Made by a program: the position numbers and the translations under genes. The notes under the pieces are model-generated. The model was not told the origin of the DNA. It worked only from the letters and a program-made list of their open reading frames with translations, and did no database searches. From a candidate division FCPU426 bacterium (lineage in GTDB: Bacteria > Oederibacteriota > PGYV01 > Palsa-1178), in NCBI GenBank assembly GCA_963840035.1, contig CAWIXE010000002.1, forward strand, positions 128,001-192,000: 64,000 nt of DNA. The letters run 5' to 3'. Every line of letters starts with the position of its first letter. Within the stretch, counting starts at the first letter, position 1. Positions 55,735 to 64,000 of the stretch are shown piece by piece.

Positions 55735-55933
55735 GTATAAAACTATACGGGCACAGGATTAAATGAGTTCTGTGGTATTGAGTCAAATGTGGGCGATTCG
55801 TGAATCGCCCCTACGAGGAAAAACAATACAAATGCCTTCGTATAGAAGGGGTTGCCGTCTCCGCCATAGTAGCCAAATGATACGACGGCCGGGAACCACA
55901 TCTCTACGGGGGATTTGATTTTTTGGGGGGATA

Positions 55934-56401
55934 TTGGAAAACATTTCAGAAATGAAAAGAAAACTTGAAGCCATACCTGTACCGCGGAAGGTCAGGTTCA
56001 GGTGGGCGGCTTTGTTTGCCCCTCAGATGATAATGCTCAATATCATATTTGCCGCGTGTTTATTACCGCTCTTGTGGTATCGATATACCGATACGTTAGA
56101 CGCGGGAACAATATATACGGTTATAATACTCGCTTTAATTGCCGATTTTGGCCTTATGTCGGCGTTTTATGCGGCAGGGAAATTGTTAAGGACGGGCGTG
56201 CCTGTAATCGGGACGGTATTAAGCAGGCGGGGCAGGATTAATGTTTACTGGACAGTTTCCTATAAATATAAAGAGGCTGAAATGGTACGGGAATTTTACG
56301 GCTATAAAAGCGCGGAAAACGAAGTACTGCTTCTTGTTGACCCGGTAAATCCTGTGCTGGCATATATTTATACGAAGAGGTTTTATTGGGAACTGGCGTA
56401 A
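55934..56401 (+). CDS. Membrane protein, paralogue 2
   Basis: PVPRKVRFRW, two TM helices, GVPVIG, FYWEL. Confidence 0.75.
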   Translation: MENISEMKRKLEAIPVPRKVRFRWAALFAPQMIMLNIIFAACLLPLLWYRYTDTLDAGTIYTVIILALIADFGLMSAFYAAGKLLRTGVPVIGTVLSRRGRINVYWTVSYKYKEAEMVREFYGYKSAENEVLLLVDPVNPVLAYIYTKRFYWELA

Positions 56402-56523
56402 AGGGCGATTAGTCCTTCTGCAGGCCCGGGATCCGGCGAATTACCTGCGAAAATCACAAACAAATGCCTTCATAGAGATGGGGTTAACCCCATCTCTACG
56501 GGGGATTTAATACGGGGGATGGA

Positions 56524-57261
56524 ATGGACGATGTTTTAAAAATAAAAACAAATCTGGAACGCATGCCTTTGCCGCGGCGGGCCAGGTTCAGGGCAAAAGG
56601 GCTGCTTGGATGGCCGACGCTGATATTTGTTTTTGCGGTTATTTTTCTTGTTGTGGCAGGGTGGGAAGTCACGTGCAGGCAGATTACCCGGCACTTCGGC
56701 AAGTCTTCAACAGCTGTTGTGGAAGGAAAAACTGAGTGGACAACCCAAAGCAAACATGGAACGACGCATCATTACGGGGTATATATAAAATACCCGGCTC
56801 CAATGTGCAAAAACAGGAAATTTGAAAAACTGTCATATAGCCAGTACGTTTCCGTGGGGACGGGGGATGTACTGGGTATTTACTACTTTGATAAGCTTCC
56901 GGGATACCCGGCTTTAAAAAGCAGGGATGAATCCGGAATTTTTTATTTTTTGTTATCATTGCTGGCGGGTTTTCTTGTTTTAACCGTATGGTGGATACTG
57001 CGGCAGAAGTCGTTTATTGAAAACGGGATGCCGGCAGAAGGGGTTGTAATACGTGAATACGTAAACAGAAAGGGACAAAAATCCTGGGTCGTGACGTACA
57101 GCTGGAAAGAAAAGTTTTATCAAAAAGCAATTTCCTCCAAAGGTTTGGACACGGGATACGGGGCGCTGATTATCATAATGCCGGAAAAGCCGGAATCGTT
57201 TGCGGTTTATGACAGCAGTTTCTTGTGGGAATTAGATGACTGGGGCACGCCGGTGTTGTAG
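56524..57261 (+). CDS. Membrane protein, paralogue 3, with an extra domain between its TM helices
   Basis: PLPRRARFR, GMPAEG, FLWEL. Confidence 0.75.
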   Translation: MDDVLKIKTNLERMPLPRRARFRAKGLLGWPTLIFVFAVIFLVVAGWEVTCRQITRHFGKSSTAVVEGKTEWTTQSKHGTTHHYGVYIKYPAPMCKNRKFEKLSYSQYVSVGTGDVLGIYYFDKLPGYPALKSRDESGIFYFLLSLLAGFLVLTVWWILRQKSFIENGMPAEGVVIREYVNRKGQKSWVVTYSWKEKFYQKAISSKGLDTGYGALIIIMPEKPESFAVYDSSFLWELDDWGTPVL

Positions 57262-57371
57262 TGATTTATTCATGGTTTTTGCGGGCTGTTGCTTGTAAAT
57301 GTCATAAGTTATATAATATGTTGAAGGCATAACGTAAACAACGGCTGTGGCTTAGAACTATAAACTGTGCA

Positions 57372-57491
57372 GGTGTGGTCCGGCAATCGTTTGCGCCCAT
57401 CAAATCCTTATATAGGCGCAGGCCGGTGGGGCGTAGGCCTGCGACTACGAAAACAATACCAGCCTTGAGCCGCAGCAAGCGGCGGCTCTAC
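57372..57491 (-). mobile_element. Left half of the nested REP element in reverse orientation; its partner outer REP is at 55201-55227
   Basis: Reverse complement matches 2952-3068 and 21170-21285, ending at the core site. Confidence 0.75.
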
Positions 57492-57608
57492 TAAAAACGA
57501 AGGCGGGCGATTCGTGAATCGCCCCTACGATAACAAAACCGGTTTATGTGTTATAATATTCCCATATTAAATCGAGACGCACTCAGTGCGTTTTTACAAT
57601 GGAGATAT

Positions 57609-59501
57609 ATGTTTTTACCTACTACCAAAGAAGAAATGCAAAAGCTTGGATGGGAACGGTGTGATGTTATACTTGTCACCGGGGATGCTTATATAGACAG
57701 CCCTTACGTTGGCGTGGCTGTTATCGGGCATGTTCTTATGGACGCGGGATATAAGGTGGGGATTATTGCGCAGCCTTCTTTAGCCCAAAGCCAAGAGCCC
57801 AAAGCCCAAGGAAATTCTACGTCTTCCCCTGAGCTTTGGGCTATGGGCTCTGGTATTAACGACATTTCCCGCCTTGGCGAGCCCCGCCTTTTCTGGGGTG
57901 TTTCAGGTGGTTGTGTCGACTCTATGGTTTCAAACTATACCGCGCTTAAAAAGCCGCGGCGTTCTGATGACTTTACTCCGGGCGGGGAAAACACCAAGCG
58001 GCCTGACAGGGCTGTGATTACTTACTCAAACCTTATACGGCGCTGTTTTAAGAATACGGTGCCAATCGTTTTAGGCGGCATTGAAGCTTCGCTCCGGCGC
58101 ATGGTTCACTATGATTACTGGCAGGACGGGTTGCGCAAATCAATTTTATTTGATGCCAAGGCTGACGTGCTAGTATATGGGATGGGCGAGCGGGCGGTCG
58201 TGGAGATTGCAAACGCTTTATCAGGGCGTTCGGAGGGTGGAGTTCGGAGTTCGGAGTTCAAACAGAACAGGTCGAACTTCGAACCCCGAACCCCGAACTC
58301 CGAACTGAATTCGCCGGACTTCGAACCCCGTGCTGATGTTAACAAGTTTCAGTTAATCAAAGGTATCTGTTACATCAGTAAAACCACAGTGCCCGGATAC
58401 ATAGAACTGCCGTCTTTTGATGAAGTGATTAAAGACAAAGCCAAGTTTATGGAATCATTCAAAACCTTCTACGACAACAACGACCCCGGCATTTCAAAAG
58501 GGCTCATGCAAAAGCAGGACACCCGTTACCTCATACAAAACCCTCCGCAGCCTGTGCTCACCGAAGCGGAACTCGATAAGGTTTATGAGCTTCCTTTTGA
58601 ATACGAGGCCCACCCTTATTACGCGGACATGGGGCGGATAAAGGCGCAGGATACAATAAAGTTTTCCATAAACACCCACCGCGGGTGTTTTGGCGAGTGC
58701 AACTTCTGCGCCATCACAACGCACCAGGGCAGGATAGTCACGAGCAGGAGCGCGCAATCTGTTATCCGCGAGGCTGAGCGGATTACGCATCTGCCCGGAT
58801 TCAAAGGATACATATACGACGCCGGCGGCCCCACCGCGAACATGTACCGTATGGGCTGTTCAAAGATTAAGAACGGGCACTGCAGGAACAAGCGCTGCGT
58901 CTTTCCGGAAATCTGCGATGACCTTGATTTCAGCCATAAGCCCCAGATGGTTTTGCTGGAGACTTTAAGGCGGGTAAAAGGTATCAAAAAGATATTCATC
59001 GGTTCGGGGCTGAGGTACGACATGATTACCGCGGATGAAAAGTACGGGGACGACTATATAAAAATGCTTGTTGAGCACCACATATCAGGGCAGATAAAGC
59101 TGGCGCCTGAGCACTCTGAGGCAGAGGTGCTCCGGCTCATGGGAAAGCCCGGGGTTGAGTCATTAAAGGCATTTAAGGACAGGTACTTCATTATAAATAA
59201 GGAAACAGGGAACAAACAATTTCTGACCTACTATATTATAGCGGCGCATCCCGGGTGCGAGGAAAAGGACATGCATAAGTTGAAGATGTACTTAAATGAG
59301 GAACTTCAGGCAAATCCTGAGCAGGTGCAGGTATTTACCCCTACGCCGGGGACGTGGTCCGGGGTCATGTATTATACGGAAACAGACCCTTTTACAGGGA
59401 AACATGTATTTGTTGAAAAGACGCATAAGGGCAAGGAGCGGCAAAAAGAGGTAATAACGGGGAAAACAGTGGATAATAGGAAGGGTTGGAAGGGGAAGTA
59501 A
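57609..59501 (+). CDS. YgiQ/UPF0313 radical SAM protein with two in-frame repeat insertions
   Basis: MFLPTTKEE, TGDAYID.P, GGIEASLRR..HYD, CFGECNFC, APEH, QVQVFTPTP. Confidence 0.93.
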   Translation: MFLPTTKEEMQKLGWERCDVILVTGDAYIDSPYVGVAVIGHVLMDAGYKVGIIAQPSLAQSQEPKAQGNSTSSPELWAMGSGINDISRLGEPRLFWGVSGGCVDSMVSNYTALKKPRRSDDFTPGGENTKRPDRAVITYSNLIRRCFKNTVPIVLGGIEASLRRMVHYDYWQDGLRKSILFDAKADVLVYGMGERAVVEIANALSGRSEGGVRSSEFKQNRSNFEPRTPNSELNSPDFEPRADVNKFQLIKGICYISKTTVPGYIELPSFDEVIKDKAKFMESFKTFYDNNDPGISKGLMQKQDTRYLIQNPPQPVLTEAELDKVYELPFEYEAHPYYADMGRIKAQDTIKFSINTHRGCFGECNFCAITTHQGRIVTSRSAQSVIREAERITHLPGFKGYIYDAGGPTANMYRMGCSKIKNGHCRNKRCVFPEICDDLDFSHKPQMVLLETLRRVKGIKKIFIGSGLRYDMITADEKYGDDYIKMLVEHHISGQIKLAPEHSEAEVLRLMGKPGVESLKAFKDRYFIINKETGNKQFLTYYIIAAHPGCEEKDMHKLKMYLNEELQANPEQVQVFTPTPGTWSGVMYYTETDPFTGKHVFVEKTHKGKERQKEVITGKTVDNRKGWKGK

Positions 59502-59585
59502 ATTCATAGCCCAGAGCCCAAAGCTCAAGTGTAAAAAGACAATATAACGCAACCTTTTAACGGCAAAACAGTTATATATATAAGG

Positions 59586-60785
59586 TAAAAAGTGTAAGAT
59601 GAAAAACCCCACATAGAAAAAGAAAAAGTCCCAACAGAACAACTGATGGTATTATGTAAGTGCGACCAAACATAAACCAAAGGAGCTGGACTGATGGGAC
59701 AAGTAAATAGTACCACAAGAACGTATTTAAGGGAAAGCGAAAGATACAAGATTGAGGCTTTACGGCAGAAGAAATTAACAGGTCGCGAGATAGGCCGTTT
59801 GTTGGGTAGAAATCACAGGACGATAAACAGAGAGATAAAAAGAGGCACGATTGAGCTGTTGAATAGTGATTTAACAACCCGGAAGGTATATAAAGCGCAC
59901 ATAGGCCAGGAAATACATGATGAAAAGTCAAAGCACAAAGGACCAGGATTAAAGATAGGCAGCGACCACAAACTGGCTGAATACATAGAACTAACCATAA
60001 AGAAAGACCGATACTCTCCGGCCGCGGTTGCAGCAACAATCAAGAACAAAGAACAGAAATTTACTGTGACTTTAAGTGCAAAAACCATTTATAACTATAT
60101 AGGCAAAGAAGTTTTTTATGGCATAAGCAATGAGGATTTATGGATGAAACGCAAAAGGAAAAACAAGAACAAAAGAGTGCGTGTTTTCGATAAGAACAGA
60201 CTTTGCAAGAGCATAGAAGACAGACCAAAAGAGGCCAATGAAAGATCTGAATACGGTCACTGGGAAATCGATTGCGTCAAAGGAAAGCAAGGGGATAAAG
60301 AATGTTTGTTGACGTTGAGTGAAAGGAAGACAAGAAAGGAAATAATTGAGAAAATGAAGTCAGCCTCAAATGAAGAAGTCGACAGAGTTCTGACGAAGTT
60401 GGAACAGAAATACAAAGAAAATTTTAAGGATATTTTTAAGAGTATCACGGCAGATAATGGCTCGGAGTTCTTGAACTGGGAGTTTTTAGAAGCCAGCAAA
60501 GTATTTAATGGACAAAAAAGGACAAATATATATTTTGCTCACCCTTATTGTTCCTGTGAAAGAGGTACAAACGAGAACTCAAACAGGATGATAAGACGGT
60601 TTATACCCAAGGGAACCAGCATAGGCCCTATAAGCAATAAGGAAATCAAGAAAATAGAGACATGGATGAACAATTACCCCAGAAAGGTAATTGGATACGA
60701 AACTGCGACACAAATGACAAATCAAATCTTTACAAGAAAAATGCCTCAGTTGGTTGGGGTGGGGTTTTAATTGTTGCAACTTACG
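59586..60785 (+). mobile_element. Second IS30-family element with long (15-17 bp) flanking direct repeats
   Basis: Imperfect IRs ending aaaaccccac / gtggggtttt; gttatatatataaggta at 59571-59587 and 60786-60802. Confidence 0.85.
59694..60770 (+). CDS. IS30-family transposase
   Basis: LGRNHRTINREIKRG, GHWEIDCV, TADNGSEF, ERGTNEN.N, NNYPRK. Confidence 0.96.
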   Translation: MGQVNSTTRTYLRESERYKIEALRQKKLTGREIGRLLGRNHRTINREIKRGTIELLNSDLTTRKVYKAHIGQEIHDEKSKHKGPGLKIGSDHKLAEYIELTIKKDRYSPAAVAATIKNKEQKFTVTLSAKTIYNYIGKEVFYGISNEDLWMKRKRKNKNKRVRVFDKNRLCKSIEDRPKEANERSEYGHWEIDCVKGKQGDKECLLTLSERKTRKEIIEKMKSASNEEVDRVLTKLEQKYKENFKDIFKSITADNGSEFLNWEFLEASKVFNGQKRTNIYFAHPYCSCERGTNENSNRMIRRFIPKGTSIGPISNKEIKKIETWMNNYPRKVIGYETATQMTNQIFTRKMPQLVGVGF

Positions 60786-60811
60786 GTTATATATATAAGG
60801 TACAAATGATA

Positions 60812-60839
60812 TTGACATTATTTGTGGTTGTGATAAAAT
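60812..60839 (+). promoter_or_regulatory. Putative sigma70 promoter
   Basis: TTGACA-16 bp-TAAAAT with extended TG. Confidence 0.55.
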
Positions 60840-60880
60840 TTGGTATATTTGTGGTTGAACTAATCTCACGGAGGTTCATA

Positions 60881-61993
60881 ATGTACAAAAAGCTTTTCGT
60901 GGTTATGGCATGTCTGCTTTTGGCAACGGTATCATTTGCTGCGGGGATGAACGCAAAATTTGGACTTGAATTACGCGGGAACGCGCTTAACGTAAACGCT
61001 ACGGAGTTAACCACCGCATACCAGCAGTCATTTTACATGGGCTATCCTTCGCTTCTTGGCGGGGTTACTGCCCAGGATTTGACTTGTGACAGCATAGCCG
61101 GTTTTTTCGCGGGCGCTGACGCAAGCTTCCAGTATTTCGCGACCCCGAATTTCGCGATAGCATTAAGGGGCGCTTTTACGAATGTTGATGTTACCACTAA
61201 TATCACCATGGAAGGGCTTGCTGATGACGCTTTTGAATCACATGTCGGCGTGGATATGGCATACATCGGAGTCGGCGGAAGGTATTACATAGACATTGCT
61301 GGAGTAAAAGGTTTTTACCCTTACATCGGGGCGGATGTTGGAATGTTCATGCTTATGAACGGCTTTTGGGAAATATACGCTAATCCGGATGTGAATACAA
61401 AGGTGGCAGGCACTCCGATAAACAACATCGCCGGTTCTCCGGACAGGAACGATTACGCTGTCGTGGATTTTGGTAAGTCGTTCTTCGGAGCGGACATCGA
61501 AGCCGGAGCGCAGTACATGTTTACCGACACGGTCGGCATGAGCCTGGGAGTAGGATACAGGCTCGCTTCAGCGCCATTCCCCACAACAACAACAGGCAAG
61601 GTATTTGCAAATATATTTGATGAAACAACAGGAGTCGCAATGCCAAAAGAAGTTAACCTCGGCGGAATCTATGTTTCCGGCGGATTGAACTTTAATTTCG
61701 GCGGGACAGCCGGAGGCGCCGCAACAGGCGGAGCAGCGGCAAAAGGAACTGGCGCGGGAGCCAAGTATGAGGCTTACGGAGACTATTACATGAAGGCAAA
61801 GAACTACGCCGGAGCGCTTAAGTATTACGGCGGAGCCATGAAACTTGACCCGAAGAACGCCGGCATATATAAGAAGATCGGCATGTGCTATTACTACATG
61901 AAGGACATGAATAACGCGAAGAAGTACTTTGCATACTACTTAAGGCTTAACCCGAACGACGCGGCCATGAAGAAATGGCTTGGAATACCGTAG
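60881..61993 (+). CDS. Outer-membrane beta-barrel protein with a Gly/Ala linker and a C-terminal TPR domain
   Basis: GGAGG RBS before ATG 60881; signal peptide; amphipathic strands PYIGADVG, GLNFNF; two TPR-like units. Confidence 0.82.
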   Translation: MYKKLFVVMACLLLATVSFAAGMNAKFGLELRGNALNVNATELTTAYQQSFYMGYPSLLGGVTAQDLTCDSIAGFFAGADASFQYFATPNFAIALRGAFTNVDVTTNITMEGLADDAFESHVGVDMAYIGVGGRYYIDIAGVKGFYPYIGADVGMFMLMNGFWEIYANPDVNTKVAGTPINNIAGSPDRNDYAVVDFGKSFFGADIEAGAQYMFTDTVGMSLGVGYRLASAPFPTTTTGKVFANIFDETTGVAMPKEVNLGGIYVSGGLNFNFGGTAGGAATGGAAAKGTGAGAKYEAYGDYYMKAKNYAGALKYYGGAMKLDPKNAGIYKKIGMCYYYMKDMNNAKKYFAYYLRLNPNDAAMKKWLGIP

Positions 61994-62015
61994 AATAAGG
62001 AAGTCTTGAAATATC

Positions 62016-62050
62016 AAGGCCCGGCGGTTAAACGCCGGGCCTTTTTTTTT
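62016..62050 (+). terminator. Intrinsic terminator
   Basis: aaggcccggcg-gttaaa-cgccgggcc followed by a long T tract. Confidence 0.9.
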
Positions 62051-62154
62051 GCGTTTTAATCCTTATCCTTAGCCATTGGAACTTATTTTAAAGGCAGGTC
62101 TAACGGCTAAGGATAAGGGTGAGGGTAAGGGTTAAGGTTGGCCGGTTGTGTAAG

Positions 62155-62245
62155 TCAAATGCGGGCGATTCGTGAATCGCCCCTACGAGAAAAAACAATA
62201 CAAATTCCCACGCGGAGATGGGGGGTTAACCCCATATCTATGTGG
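62155..62245. repeat. Composite REP repeat shared with 55783-55915, 56402-56507 and 57506-57528
   Basis: gggcgattcgtgaatcgcccctacga..aaaaacaatacaaat followed by a gagatggg..ttaaccccat hairpin. Confidence 0.75.
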
Positions 62246-62311
62246 GATCATTCACCGCAACCCCGGGGATGTATTTCCGTTATATTATTAACATACATAA
62301 AAGGAGAAACC

Positions 62312-64000
62312 ATGAAAAAAACAGCCCTTATTACCGCGGCTTTATTGTTTTCTGTTTTCGTATTTGCCGTTGACGACGAGATTCAGGTAGACCAGCTCGG
62401 ATACAGGCCGCTTGACGCCAAATACGGTTCTGTGGCCATGGATAAGGCTGAAAATTTCAGGATATTAAGGGTTTCTGACGATAAGGAAGTATTCACTGGA
62501 GAATTAAAAAACCCGGTTAAGGATGAAATCGCGGGGGACAGCACTTATGCCGCGGATTTTACCGGCGTAGATAAAGAGGGGGAATATTATATGGAAGTAG
62601 ACAGGGAGTTTAAGTCACAGCCATTTACAATAGGATACGATATATATAATGAAGCATTTTTAAAAGCCATGAGGGGCTATTACCTGCAGCGCTGCGGCAC
62701 GGCGGTAAAAGACCCGGCCGGGTTTAACCACGCCGCCTGCCACATGGAAAAGGCGTCGTTCCACGCAAGCGCAGGCAGGGGATTGTCGGAAACTATTGAT
62801 GTAACAGGCGGCTGGCATGACGCGGGCGACTATGGCCGGTACATAGTAAACAGCGGCTTAACGACCGCCACGCTTATGTGGGCCTTTGAGAGATATAAAT
62901 CCAAACTTGAAAACTATAAGATGAACCTGCCTTACACCGGTTATAAACTTCCGGATATTCTTGAAGAGGTAAAATACAACCTTAAATGGATGCTGAAAAT
63001 GCAGGGGCCGAACGGAGGCGTGTATCACAAGGTGACGCCTTTGCGTTTTCCCGAGATGAATATAATGCCTGAAAAAGATAAAAGCCCCGAGTTTGTATTT
63101 GAAACAACGACATGCGCGACAGGCGATTTTGCCGCTGTCATGGCGATTGCCGCCAGGATATACGCGTCATATGACAAGTCATTCGCAGATAAATGCCAGG
63201 CAGCGTCAGTTAACGCGTGGCAGTTTCTGAAGTCTAACCCCGATATAATACCGGCAGGGGGTTTTAAAAACCCGTCTGATTGCGGCACGGGACAGTACGG
63301 TGACGGGGAAGATAAGGAAGAGCGTTTCTGGGCGGCTGTGGAACTTTTTAACCTTACCGGCGGTGATGAGTACGCGAAGTACATAGAAGATAATATAGGC
63401 ACCTGGTCGCCCACGGTGAAATCCGCCGCAAACTGGCGGGAAGTGCTGCCCGCGGCCATGATATCCTACGCGTACTCGGAAAATCCCATGAAAAACACAA
63501 CAATTGACGCCAGGATAAAAAAGGACCTAAAGGACCACGCGGATATCCTTGTGTACAGGATAAATGAAAGCGGTTATAAGTCAATGATGGCGGCCGAGGA
63601 TTTTGTGTGGGGCTCAAACGCGGTTGTTTTAAATTACTCCATAAACCTCCTCGCGGCAGGGGACTTATTAAAGGAAAAGAAATACACTGCGGCGGCGGAA
63701 GAAGGGCTGCATTACATATTCGGCAGGAACCCTTTTAACGTAAGCTTTGTGACAGGCGTTGGAAAAAACCCGGTAGAGAACATACACCACAGGCCGTCCG
63801 CGGCCATGGGAAAAGCGTGGCCCGGCCTTTTGGCCGGCGGCCCGAATAAAGGCAGGAACGACGGGGTGCTTCAGGGGCTTTCATTCGACACCCCGCCCAT
63901 GAAGTGCTATATGGACAGCCAGGGTTCATACGCGGGAAACGAGATAGCCATAAACTGGAACGCACCGCTGGTATATGTGCTGGCGGCATTCATTAAATAA
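62312..64000 (+). CDS. Glycoside hydrolase family 9 (endoglucanase) with an N-terminal Ig-like domain
   Basis: Signal peptide; VDQLGY, GGWHDAGDYG, GRNP, HHR, NEIAINWNAPL. Confidence 0.95.
   Translation: MKKTALITAALLFSVFVFAVDDEIQVDQLGYRPLDAKYGSVAMDKAENFRILRVSDDKEVFTGELKNPVKDEIAGDSTYAADFTGVDKEGEYYMEVDREFKSQPFTIGYDIYNEAFLKAMRGYYLQRCGTAVKDPAGFNHAACHMEKASFHASAGRGLSETIDVTGGWHDAGDYGRYIVNSGLTTATLMWAFERYKSKLENYKMNLPYTGYKLPDILEEVKYNLKWMLKMQGPNGGVYHKVTPLRFPEMNIMPEKDKSPEFVFETTTCATGDFAAVMAIAARIYASYDKSFADKCQAASVNAWQFLKSNPDIIPAGGFKNPSDCGTGQYGDGEDKEERFWAAVELFNLTGGDEYAKYIEDNIGTWSPTVKSAANWREVLPAAMISYAYSENPMKNTTIDARIKKDLKDHADILVYRINESGYKSMMAAEDFVWGSNAVVLNYSINLLAAGDLLKEKKYTAAAEEGLHYIFGRNPFNVSFVTGVGKNPVENIHHRPSAAMGKAWPGLLAGGPNKGRNDGVLQGLSFDTPPMKCYMDSQGSYAGNEIAINWNAPLVYVLAAFIK

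Noticed and set aside
57325..57395. Integron attC site (gcataac ... cgtttgc)
   Set aside because: There is no complementary GTTRRRY end or L-box pairing and no integron integrase; the cassette at 3069-3635 also lacks attC features.
60662..60880. N-terminal extension of the barrel-TPR ORF from inside the IS
   Set aside because: The RBS and signal peptide indicate a start at 60881; similar over-extended starts were trimmed for purB, rluA, ygiQ and GH9.

Overview
Bacterial chromosomal window, almost entirely coded on the + strand. Core content: an ilvD-ilvB-ilvN-ilvC-leuA-leuC-leuD-leuB-asd cluster plus purB (5.1-18.3 kb); a complete rRNA operon (16S, tRNA-Ile, tRNA-Ala, 23S, 5S; 27.6-33.2 kb); housekeeping or accessory genes (RluA-type synthase, acyl-CoA ligase, YgiQ radical SAM, GAF kinase, PadR plus FAD oxidoreductase, GT-C, outer-membrane barrel-TPR, GH9 glucanase); two different IS30-family elements; a RelE-type toxin-antitoxin pair; and a broken RAYT (REP-associated tyrosine transposase). 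The non-coding DNA is the most interesting part. (1) A ~200-bp nested REP-doublet element occurs empty twice, once with a 593-bp gene cassette between 26-bp direct repeats at its centre, and once apparently bracketing three paralogous genes, which suggests REP-mediated gene capture. (2) Inverted arrays of 7-mer (also 6- and 9-mer) tandem repeats of several unrelated unit sequences occupy nearly every intergenic gap of the ilv-leu cluster, sit in frame inside ygiQ, and bracket one whole gene. (3) A Leu/Val/Ile-rich attenuator-like leader peptide precedes a Tam-like methyltransferase rather than ilvD. No CRISPR array was seen. Gene content hints at a deep-branching, possibly cellulolytic lineage (e.g. 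Goldbacteria-like), but that is unverified inference. All calls were made by eye, without database searches.
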